A stretch of DNA of 43,086 nt. It comes from a virus. Taxonomy: Duplodnaviria > Caudoviricetes. Below are positions 27,230 through 35,227 of the stretch, piece by piece. The DNA lies in the IMG/VR virus record IMGVR_UViG_3300045996_001729, positions 1 through 43,086 of that record, one strand, 5' to 3'. Within the stretch, counting starts at the first letter, position 1; every line of letters starts with the position of its first letter. The position numbers and the translations under genes were made by a program. The notes under the pieces are model-generated. The model saw only the letters and a list, made by a program, of their open reading frames with translations. It was not told the DNA's origin and did no database searches.

Positions 27230-27765
27230 CACCCCCCGACTCTCCCACCGAGGGCGACGTGCTGGGCGGGAGCGGCGTGCCGTTCCCGGTCCCGCACAAC
27301 GGCGTGGTCTACCACGTCGCCCCGCCGACGCTCCTGGCCCGGGACTGCCTCAACAAGATGGTCGTCGCCCTCGCCCTCCGGTCCGCCCAGCAGGCGGACG
27401 CGGAGGTGCCGGGGCTGGGCGGGCTGGACGCCTTCCGGTCCGACTACAACCAGCGGAAGTACCGGCCGGGCGGCCCGAAGTGGCGGGAGTGGGTCACCGG
27501 CGAGTACGGGACCACCCTGTTCCTGGCGAGCCTCCTCTACCAGCACCACCCGAAGGAGGCCAGCGTCGAGCTCGCGGAGGAGTTGATCCGCGAGCAGCCG
27601 GACGCGGTGGCGGTGGCGATGGGGGAGGTGGTGCCGGGTTTTTTCGACATGCTGGCGGCGGACAAGAGTCTGCCGCCGGAGCTGCGGGAGGGGTTCCGCC
27701 GGGGGGCGGAGGGCCTGCGGCTGAGGGTGGCGGAGGCGGCCCGGCTGACGCCGCCGGCTGGCTAG
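27226..27765 (+). CDS. Tail assembly chaperone (gpG-like)
   Basis: Between tube and tape measure; contains slippery G GGT TTT at 27636-27642. Confidence 0.75.
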   Translation: MTPPDSPTEGDVLGGSGVPFPVPHNGVVYHVAPPTLLARDCLNKMVVALALRSAQQADAEVPGLGGLDAFRSDYNQRKYRPGGPKWREWVTGEYGTTLFLASLLYQHHPKEASVELAEELIREQPDAVAVAMGEVVPGFFDMLAADKSLPPELREGFRRGAEGLRLRVAEAARLTPPAG

Positions 27766-28061
27766 ACGACATCGAATACGACTTCACGTCCGAGCCCTGG
27801 ACGTGGCCGCCCGGGGTCCTCGCCCTGCTGACGCCCTGGCAGTTGCGGACGTTCCGGGATGGCCAGGCCCGCCGCGTCTCCCGGATGGACCGGGACGCGC
27901 CGCCCGCGCCCGGCCGGATGCCGGGGTCGCCGGTCGGCCCCGCGGGCGCCCCGCCGCGGGAACTCCTCGTCCGCGACTTCATGGCGATGGGCATGAGCCG
28001 CGAGCAGGCGGAGGCCCAGTACGACCGGCAGGCGGCGAGGAGCACCCGTGGCGACGCCTAA
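27636..28061 (+). CDS. -1 frameshift extension of the chaperone (gpGT-like)
   Basis: -1 frame is open from the slippery site to 28061 and encodes WTWPP..LA.LTPWQL. Confidence 0.7.
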   Translation, partial: GFFRHAGGGQESAAGAAGGVPPGGGGPAAEGGGGGPADAAGWLDDIEYDFTSEPWTWPPGVLALLTPWQLRTFRDGQARRVSRMDRDAPPAPGRMPGSPVGPAGAPPRELLVRDFMAMGMSREQAEAQYDRQAARSTRGDA

Positions 28062-29880
28062 GCCCGTCCTCGGCCCCGCCTTCTCCGCCGCCCCGCCGCC
28101 CCCGAAGGGCCCCGCGGCGGCCGGCGCCAACTCCCCCCTCGGCCCCATCCTGGCCGAGTTCACCCGCCTCGCCGTCGTCGTCCGCCGGACCGCCGTCGAG
28201 ACGACCGCCCTGGAACTGGTCCTGCGGCAGGTCCGCGAGTCGATGCTCAACCCCGCCGCCCGGGGCGGCCGGCCGCCCCGCCCCGTCCTCGGCCCGGCCT
28301 TTACCTCCCCGCCGCCCCCCGCCGCCGGGGCGTCGCCGGCCGGGGGCGGCGGAACCCCGGCGACCCCCGACTTCGCCGGGCTCGCCCAGGAACTCGGCAA
28401 CGTCACGCTGAAGGCCGCCGACGCGCAGGCCGCGTTCGTGGCCCTCGGCGCGGCCGTGGCCGGGCTGAGCCTGCGAGACGTGACCGCCGCCCTGCGGGAC
28501 GTGGAGGCCGAAGAGAAGCGGGTGGCGAAGGAGCGGGGGGGCGCGGTCCAGGGGTCGCTGCGGGAGGTCGAGCGGACCGAGCGGGAGGGGGCGAAGCGGC
28601 GGGAGGAGGGGGCGAAGCGCGGGGACGCGACCATCCGGACCGCCGCCGCCGGCCTCGACCTCCTGCGGGCCCCGCTGGCCGCGTTCCAGGGCACCCTCAA
28701 CGCCATCCAGCAGGGCGTCGTCGGGTTCGTCCAGAAGGCGAACCCCGGGGCCGTCATGCGGTTCCAGCTCGCCGTGGACGACCTCCAGGCGGTCATCGGC
28801 CGGGCGATGGTCCCCACCCTCAACCGGCTCACCCAGACCGTCCGCACGATCGCCAACGCCTTCGCCGGCCTGTCCGCCAACGGCCAGACGCTCATCGCGT
28901 CCGTGGCGGCCGGGACGGTCGGGCTGGTGGCGTTCGGGGCGGCGGCGCTGCTCGTCCAGACGGTGATGACGGGCGGGCTGCTGCCGATCTTCTCGGCGGT
29001 GGCCGGGGCGCTGGGCGGGTTCGCGTTCGTCTCCGGCTCCCTCCAGCCCGTGTTCGAGCGGCTGACGGCGGTCTTCTCAGGGGTGGCCGACCGGGTGGGC
29101 GCGGTCATCGCCCGGTTCGCCGGGTCCGACGCCTTCGCCGGGATCATGACCGCACTGGGCGAGGTGGTCGCCCTCGTCGTGGACGTGGCGGCGTCCGTGG
29201 CCGACGCCCTCATGCCCGCCTTCGACGCCATCCTCCAGGGCATCGCCGCCTTCGCCCCGCTCGTCAAGGCGTCGGTCGAGATCTTCGGGAACGTATTCAC
29301 GATGATCGCGGACGTGCTCGGCGGGTGGATCGTCAACGCGGTCCAGTACGCCACCCCCTACCTGATGGCGTTCGGCCAGATCCTCCTCGACCTGGCCCGC
29401 AAGAGTTACGAGGGGTGGCAGTGGCTCCTGTCGCTCGTCGGGGTCAACCTCCCCTCCCTCGGCGACTCCAACCGCCCGCCCGGGACGCCCGGGTCCAGCG
29501 TCGGGGCGTCCGTCCGGCAGACCAGCACCTCCAACGTGTCGGACGTGCTGCAGAAGGCGCGGGAGGCGGCGTTCAAGGCGGGCGGCGGGGCCCAGGACCC
29601 CCAGCGGCAGACCGTCAACCACCTCGCGGAGATCGAGCGGCAGGCCACCCTGATTAAGGCCGGGATCGACGCCTTCCTTACGAACTTCCCGAGCCGGGTG
29701 GCGACGGCGCTGGCGGCGGCGCTGCCCGGGGGCCAGACCGGGCGGAACATCGCCCGCACCCTCCCGGCGGTTACGGACGGCCTCCAGCGGCAGGCGGAAC
29801 AGGTCGCGCGGGACGCCGCCAGCGGGATCGCAAACATCGCCCGGGACGCCCGGCAGCGGCTCGCCAGCCTGTTCCCTTAA
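28048..29880 (+). CDS. Tape measure protein
   Basis: 610 aa, Ala/Gly-rich amphipathic helices with hydrophobic core; follows G/GT. Confidence 0.82.
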   Translation: MATPKPVLGPAFSAAPPPPKGPAAAGANSPLGPILAEFTRLAVVVRRTAVETTALELVLRQVRESMLNPAARGGRPPRPVLGPAFTSPPPPAAGASPAGGGGTPATPDFAGLAQELGNVTLKAADAQAAFVALGAAVAGLSLRDVTAALRDVEAEEKRVAKERGGAVQGSLREVERTEREGAKRREEGAKRGDATIRTAAAGLDLLRAPLAAFQGTLNAIQQGVVGFVQKANPGAVMRFQLAVDDLQAVIGRAMVPTLNRLTQTVRTIANAFAGLSANGQTLIASVAAGTVGLVAFGAAALLVQTVMTGGLLPIFSAVAGALGGFAFVSGSLQPVFERLTAVFSGVADRVGAVIARFAGSDAFAGIMTALGEVVALVVDVAASVADALMPAFDAILQGIAAFAPLVKASVEIFGNVFTMIADVLGGWIVNAVQYATPYLMAFGQILLDLARKSYEGWQWLLSLVGVNLPSLGDSNRPPGTPGSSVGASVRQTSTSNVSDVLQKAREAAFKAGGGAQDPQRQTVNHLAEIERQATLIKAGIDAFLTNFPSRVATALAAALPGGQTGRNIARTLPAVTDGLQRQAEQVARDAASGIANIARDARQRLASLFP

Positions 29881-30296
29881 CCCGCCACCTTGCCCTTGAG
29901 CGAGACCCACGTGGAGCCGGTCGTGTAGACGGTCCCGGTGAACGTGGACCACTCGCCGGTCCTGACCTTTCCGGCCTCGCTCGCGGGAATGGAGATGGTC
30001 ACCTGGGGGAAGTCGTTGGGCTTCGAGAGGTGCTGGATCAGTTCCACCTCGCTACTGCCCTGCCGGGCGTCGTCCACCCGGAGCCGGATGCTAATGAGGC
30101 GGTTGCCGTACTTGGCCGCGGCGTCCGCCCCGTCGGCCTTGTACTGCCGGTAAAGGTCGTCGGCCTCGACCGGCGGGCCCTCCCACTTCCTTTCGGGGAT
30201 CGCCGGGGCCGGCGCGGGTGCCGCGACCGGCGGCTGAACTCCCCCGCCGCACGCCAGCCCCATCCCCGCCGCCGCGGCAATCAAGACGTAACGCAT
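29877..30296 (-). CDS. OB-fold (tRNA_anti-like) lipoprotein, accessory gene
   Basis: Signal MRYVLIAAAAGMGLA-C lipobox; V.ADDL..QY.AD...A.AKY.NR.I.I...V; AGGGGGA RBS. Confidence 0.75.
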   Translation of the reverse strand: MRYVLIAAAAGMGLACGGGVQPPVAAPAPAPAIPERKWEGPPVEADDLYRQYKADGADAAAKYGNRLISIRLRVDDARQGSSEVELIQHLSKPNDFPQVTISIPASEAGKVRTGEWSTFTGTVYTTGSTWVSLKGKVAG

Positions 30297-30400
30297 GTCG
30301 TCCCCCTGAAGGCAGTTCGCCGCCCCCGCCCCGTTATCGCACCCCGGGCCGCCGGGCGGTAGATGGACACCTGGGCAGGTGGGACGCCCGGCCCGACCCC

Positions 30401-30428
30401 GGCAGGTTCCCCCCCGGCCGGCAACCAT
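30401..30428 (+). promoter_or_regulatory. Putative late promoter upstream of tail-tip genes
   Basis: Box + AACCAT at offset 22; ATG follows after 6 nt. Confidence 0.75.
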
Positions 30429-30434
30429 GCGGGC

Positions 30435-31523
30435 ATGCCCGAGCCATACGAAGAGCTCGAAGACGACCACTTCGACTACGGGGGCGACTGGTTCGAGTGG
30501 CCCGAGGGCGCCCAGCCCGGCGGCGGGGGCGCGTTCTCGGCGTCCTCCCAGGAGGCCACACTCGTCGGCTACGTCGCGGCCAACAAGCTCCGCAGCGCCC
30601 TGCGGTACTTCCTGGGCTACAGCCAGACCGAGACGAGCCTGCCGCCGGACGCGGGCGGGGAGGAGCCGGAGGTGGAGGCCGGGGAGATCTACCGGCTCCG
30701 CCGGGAGCCGCCCGCCCGCCACCCGCAGTTCCCGCAGCTCTACTGCCACGCCGTCGGGTTCTCGGGCCTCGGGATCAAGGGCGTCGCCAACGAACCCATC
30801 TACCTGACCAGCCCGTTCACCGACTACCTCGGCGAGGACCTCAAGTACGCCAGTTACGAGTCCTACGTCCTCACCCTGAAGTTCAAGAGTTACGGGCTGA
30901 CCCGGTTCCTGAGCGACGAGGAGATGGACGGGTACGACCCGCCGTATGCCTACGAGTGGCTGCGGTGGAGTTCGTTCGAGGTCGGCCCGGCGGTGCAGGC
31001 GTTGACGGCCGACGGCTCCAGCCAACTGATCTTCCGCGAGGGCGGCGGCGACCCGCACCCGGTCGCCGGCACGGACGCCTTCCCCGCCCCGCTGGCGGAG
31101 TTGCTGGCGAAGGCGTCCCTGACGGTCAAGTGGATGGGCGTGCCCCACGACTGGATCAGCGACAACGAGTATTACCTGTTCCCCTCGAAGGTCATCGGCC
31201 TCCTCGGCCACGTCAACGACGCCGACCTGTTCGGCAACCCGACGGGGACGATGCTGTTCACGGCGGCGACGTTCGATCCGACCCTGTTCCCCGTCGCCCC
31301 CGCCGACCCCAGCCAGCCCCTCGTCGGCTGGGACGTGACGTTCGTGTTCGAGCAGTACGACCCGCCGAAGGGGGTGGAGGCCAGCGCGTACCGCGGGCAC
31401 CGGGTCTTCCCCTGGCGGAAGACCGGGAAGCACTACTACTGCTCGCGGGAGAACGCCGCCGACGAGCTCCTGCCGCTGGGCAGTCTTTACAAGCTCTTTC
31501 AACACGTCCTGGACGAGTCGTGA
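30435..31523 (+). CDS. Putative distal tail / tail-tip protein
   Basis: First structural gene after the tape measure; P.RHP.FP.LYC, GHVN...F....GT.LF. Confidence 0.6.
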   Translation: MPEPYEELEDDHFDYGGDWFEWPEGAQPGGGGAFSASSQEATLVGYVAANKLRSALRYFLGYSQTETSLPPDAGGEEPEVEAGEIYRLRREPPARHPQFPQLYCHAVGFSGLGIKGVANEPIYLTSPFTDYLGEDLKYASYESYVLTLKFKSYGLTRFLSDEEMDGYDPPYAYEWLRWSSFEVGPAVQALTADGSSQLIFREGGGDPHPVAGTDAFPAPLAELLAKASLTVKWMGVPHDWISDNEYYLFPSKVIGLLGHVNDADLFGNPTGTMLFTAATFDPTLFPVAPADPSQPLVGWDVTFVFEQYDPPKGVEASAYRGHRVFPWRKTGKHYYCSRENAADELLPLGSLYKLFQHVLDES

Positions 31524-32944
31524 CCCCCGCCGAGCGACGGGAATTCGACGCCCTCAAGGCGAAGCTCGCCGCCGTCGAGCGGCGGGTGGGGGACGCCCGC
31601 GGGCTGGGGGTCAATACGACCTTCGGGGCGACCCACCACCGGACGACGCAACTGGGGTTCGCGGCCGAGCTGACCGCGGCGTGGGACGCGACCGACGGGT
31701 ACGCCTGGAAGCGGCTGCGGCTCGAGGCGGTGGCCCTCACCGACCCGGGCGTCCAGTTGATCGGCACGGGGGCGGTGACCCCGGCCGGGGACGAGACGCT
31801 GGAGGCGGGGACGCCGGGGTGGATGGAGCCGAGCCCGGACGGGACGGGGTACGTCTTCACCCCGGACCCGGGCGCGGGCGCCGCCGGCGCCTGCCAGTCC
31901 ATGCTGGTCGGGCTCGACCCGCAGGCGTGCCTCACGGGCACGGTCCGGGCCGGCACCGAGGGGTGCTCGACCGTCGAGGGCGCGACCGTCTACCTCACCT
32001 ACGACGCGGGCGCCGGCACCGGCACCCGGGGCGGGTGGGTGTCGTCGGCGTTCACGACCGCCGACGGGGACACCACGGTCACGGTGTTCCTGGACGCGCA
32101 GGGCGACGTCCGCGCCACCATCGTCGGGGAGAGCGAGGAGGAGCAGTACCTGACCCCCGAGGGGTGCGTCAACGGGCGGCTGCGGTTCTCGGGCTCCGAC
32201 TGCCTCTGGTGCGGCGGGGAGTGGGAGCGGGGCTGCGGCAAGAACCGGTTCTACGTCGAGGTCGAGTGCGGCTGTACGATCGCGTGCGCCGCGTGCCCGG
32301 GGCTGGTGGGCACCGAGGTCGTGATGGAGGGCTACCTGGGGTACACCGTCAGCGGCACCTGGGTGGTCTTCGACGGCAAGCTCTACCTGTCGCTCCTGTC
32401 GGCGCCGACCGAGTCCGGCGAGTCGGCCGCCGGGGTTAACATCACCTGCGACCCGGACACCGGGACGGCGTACCACGGCGGCGACCCCGGGAACGTCGTC
32501 ACCGTCACGCCGGTCGGCGACCCCGGCGCCCCGACCACGCTGACGTTCCAGTGGGACGAGTACTCGTTCACCGTCGAGTGCGGCGAGTCCGACGACCCGT
32601 ACAACCCGTGCGGGACCGGCAGCGGGCCGGGGACCGGCGGCCCGGACAGCGGGTGCGGGCGGGGGTTCGGCTCGCCCGACCTGACCATGACCGTCACCGG
32701 CGGGCCGGACGCCGGCGCCTACCCCGGGTCGTGGGTCGCCGGCTCCCCGGACTACGTCGCGTTCGAGCTCCCCGTCTACGGGACGGTGGTGTTCGAGTTC
32801 TTCGGCGGCGCGTGGCACCTCGTCTCGAACCCCGGCACCGTCCAGGACGAGGAGGCGACCGGGGGCACCTGCACGCCCGACTTCGAGGTCGAGTTCGAGG
32901 GGTCCACCATCACCGGGGCGACTGGCGTGACGGTGACCGAATGA
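31520..32944 (+). CDS. Cys/Gly/Thr-rich tail protein
   Basis: GTGA-coupled start at 31520; acidic, beta-rich, many Cys. Confidence 0.6.
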   Translation: MTPAERREFDALKAKLAAVERRVGDARGLGVNTTFGATHHRTTQLGFAAELTAAWDATDGYAWKRLRLEAVALTDPGVQLIGTGAVTPAGDETLEAGTPGWMEPSPDGTGYVFTPDPGAGAAGACQSMLVGLDPQACLTGTVRAGTEGCSTVEGATVYLTYDAGAGTGTRGGWVSSAFTTADGDTTVTVFLDAQGDVRATIVGESEEEQYLTPEGCVNGRLRFSGSDCLWCGGEWERGCGKNRFYVEVECGCTIACAACPGLVGTEVVMEGYLGYTVSGTWVVFDGKLYLSLLSAPTESGESAAGVNITCDPDTGTAYHGGDPGNVVTVTPVGDPGAPTTLTFQWDEYSFTVECGESDDPYNPCGTGSGPGTGGPDSGCGRGFGSPDLTMTVTGGPDAGAYPGSWVAGSPDYVAFELPVYGTVVFEFFGGAWHLVSNPGTVQDEEATGGTCTPDFEVEFEGSTITGATGVTVTE

Positions 32945-34059
32945 CGTGCTCCTGCGCCCGGCTGAAGGTCTCCCCCTGCCACCACCGCCGGCCGGGCGGC
33001 GGCGACTGCGCCCACCGGGGCGGCCCGACCGGGCAGACCGCCCCGTGCCGGACCTGCGGCGGCCGGGTCGAGTTGAAGGTGTACGCCTGCGCCGTCCACG
33101 GCACCTGCACGCTGGGGCGGAAGGTCGAGGGGCACGGCTGCTGCCAGGGCTGCCCCGACCGGCCGCTGCCCCCCGCCCCGCCCGACGCCCTCCCCCCCGC
33201 CCGGCTCGTCCAGGTCGGCCCGGAACGACTCGCCGCCCGCAAGGACGGGTACAGCTTCAACGCCAGCCGCATCCGCTACCGCGACCGCATTTTGATGGCT
33301 CACCGCGACGGGTGGGCGGGCTCGGACATCCACGTCGCGGAACTGACCGAGAGTTACGAGGTCGTCCGGTCAACGCGGCTGAGGCTGCGGCACCCCCGGG
33401 CGGCGGGCGGCCGGGAGGACCCGCGGCTGTACCTGTTCGGGGGCCGGCCGGAGGTGATGTTCACGGGCGTCGAGCGGATCGGCCGGACGATCCGCACGTC
33501 GGTCCTGTACGCCCGGCTCGGGGACGACCTGAGCGTCGGGGAGGTGTTCTACCCGGAGCTGGACGGGCGGAACGAGCCGATGGAGAAGAACTGGAGCCCG
33601 TTCGATTACGACGGGGAGTTGCTGGCGGTGTACCAGACCGGGCCGCGGCACGAGATCGTCAGGCTGTCCGGGAACAGGGCCGAGCGGGTGGCGGGCGAGG
33701 TGGTCGGCCTGCCGTGGTCGGGCGGGGTGATGCGGGGCGGGGCGCCGCCGGTCCGGGTCGGGGGCCTGTACTACCACTGGTTCCACGGCCGAATCGGGTC
33801 GCCGAAGTCGCCCGTGTACAACGTCGGGCTCTCGGTGTTCGAGGCCCGGCCGCCGTTCAAGGTCGTGGCGATGACCCCGAACCCGCTGATGTGGGGCGAC
33901 CCGAACGACCGGGACGGGTGCTACGCCGCGGTACGATTCCCCTGCGGCGCCGCGCTGCACAACGGCAACTGGGAAGTCTCGATGGGCTGGAACGACAGGA
34001 AGATCAAGGTCGCGGTGTGGGACGCCGCGGCCGTTGACCGCCACCTGGGGCTGGCCTGA
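32941..34059 (+). CDS. Cys-rich N-domain fused to GH130-like five-bladed beta-propeller glycosidase
   Basis: FNAS, REDPRL, EKNWSPF, RGGAP, WFH, PPF, V.FPCGA, SMG.ND. Confidence 0.75.
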   Translation: MTCSCARLKVSPCHHRRPGGGDCAHRGGPTGQTAPCRTCGGRVELKVYACAVHGTCTLGRKVEGHGCCQGCPDRPLPPAPPDALPPARLVQVGPERLAARKDGYSFNASRIRYRDRILMAHRDGWAGSDIHVAELTESYEVVRSTRLRLRHPRAAGGREDPRLYLFGGRPEVMFTGVERIGRTIRTSVLYARLGDDLSVGEVFYPELDGRNEPMEKNWSPFDYDGELLAVYQTGPRHEIVRLSGNRAERVAGEVVGLPWSGGVMRGGAPPVRVGGLYYHWFHGRIGSPKSPVYNVGLSVFEARPPFKVVAMTPNPLMWGDPNDRDGCYAAVRFPCGAALHNGNWEVSMGWNDRKIKVAVWDAAAVDRHLGLA

Positions 34060-34060
34060 C

Positions 34061-34234
34061 TCACGGCCCCCGCCGGATCGTCCGCCGCACGTACAGGGCC
34101 AGCGGCACCAGCACCAGCAGCGACAGGACGGCCCCGGCGACGTGCGGGCCGTACCACGTGAACTGCTCCCCGGCCCCGGGCTGCCCGGAGTGGGTCCACC
34201 CCCACCCGAGGACCGTGTCCCAGAACCCACCCAT
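34061..34234 (-). CDS. Small membrane protein (57 aa)
   Basis: One hydrophobic helix VAGAVLSLLVLVPLALYV then RRTIRR; start site uncertain. Confidence 0.5.
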   Translation of the reverse strand: MGGFWDTVLGWGWTHSGQPGAGEQFTWYGPHVAGAVLSLLVLVPLALYVRRTIRRGP

Positions 34235-34438
34235 CTGCTCACCGGTGGAATCCAGACTAGCTGCATCGGGCGATTGCACGAGAGCCCCCAATTGGAGATG
34301 GAGGGTTATTCGCCCGCCGTCGCGTGGCATTGCGGGCGACCGACCGGAATGGTCGAGCCGCCATCGTAACGCGCGACCCGGATGGGTGTAAGGGAAAATC
34401 CCGACACGGTAGAAGTGAGCCGCCAGACCGCCCGCCCC

Positions 34439-34468
34439 GGCAGGTTCCCCCCGCCCGGTCTTTACTAT
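34439..34468 (+). promoter_or_regulatory. Variant copy of the late promoter upstream of the AP2-like gene
   Basis: Box + TACTAT at offset 24 instead of 22. Confidence 0.6.
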
Positions 34469-34600
34469 CCACAGACGCGAGCCAAGCAGCACGGCCGGGC
34501 GGGGACCACCCCCCTCGAGTAGTCCCGCCCGGCCGTGACCCGTCCCCGACCCCGTGGTCGAGTGTGCATTTTACCACACTCGGCACCGGGGATACCATCC

Positions 34601-35167
34601 GTGGTCGCACTCGCCCAGCCGGACCCCCTCGACGCGCTGCGGCTGCCGGCGGGGGCCAGCCCCTCCGGCTACCGCAACGTGTACCGCAAGCGGCGGGCGT
34701 GGGTCGCCCGGGTCAAGGTGGCCGGCCGGCTCATCAACCTCTCCTGCCCCGAGTCCGGCGCCTACTACCACCCCAACCCCCGGGCCGCCGCCCGACTGGT
34801 CGGGGCGTGGTACGCCGACCGGTACGGCCCCGACTGGTCCCTGATGTTCCGGCGGGCGCCCGGCCGCCACGGCACCGACCGCCGCCGCGCGAACCCGTGG
34901 GCGTTCCGGCACTGGCACCACGTCAGCTACGAGGGCGGGCGGCCCAGGAAGACGTTCGCCGGGTGGGTGGTGTCGGTGTGGGAGTTCGGCCGGGAGAAGA
35001 TGCTGGGCGACCACCTGCACCCCACCAACCCCCGGCTCGACCGGGCGAAGCGGCGGCCGTGGGTGTACCCGACGCGGGAGGCGGCGGCTGCGGGGCTGCG
35101 GGAGTGGCGGGCGGTCTCGCTGCCCCGGCGGTGGGGGGAGAAGGCCGCGTCCGCCTTGGGCCGGTAG
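34601..35167 (+). CDS. AP2-like DNA-binding domain protein without nuclease domain
   Basis: SGYRNVY....WVARV...G..INL...P.AAAR; second degenerate copy WVV.V...GR...LG...YPTREAAA; start uncertain. Confidence 0.65.
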   Translation: MVALAQPDPLDALRLPAGASPSGYRNVYRKRRAWVARVKVAGRLINLSCPESGAYYHPNPRAAARLVGAWYADRYGPDWSLMFRRAPGRHGTDRRRANPWAFRHWHHVSYEGGRPRKTFAGWVVSVWEFGREKMLGDHLHPTNPRLDRAKRRPWVYPTREAAAAGLREWRAVSLPRRWGEKAASALGR

Positions 35168-35169
35168 TC

Positions 35170-35197
35170 GGCAGGTTCCCCCGACGGGGGCGACGAT
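35170..35197 (+). promoter_or_regulatory. Putative late promoter upstream of fibre gene
   Basis: Box + GACGAT at offset 22. Confidence 0.75.
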
Positions 35198-35227
35198 GGG
35201 GGGGCACCCCCGGGGGAGAGCGCCCGC

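Noticed and set aside
34280-34320. AGAG...GGAGGG...GCCC resembling SAM-I riboswitch P2
   Set aside because: GCAACC and GGTGC core elements are absent
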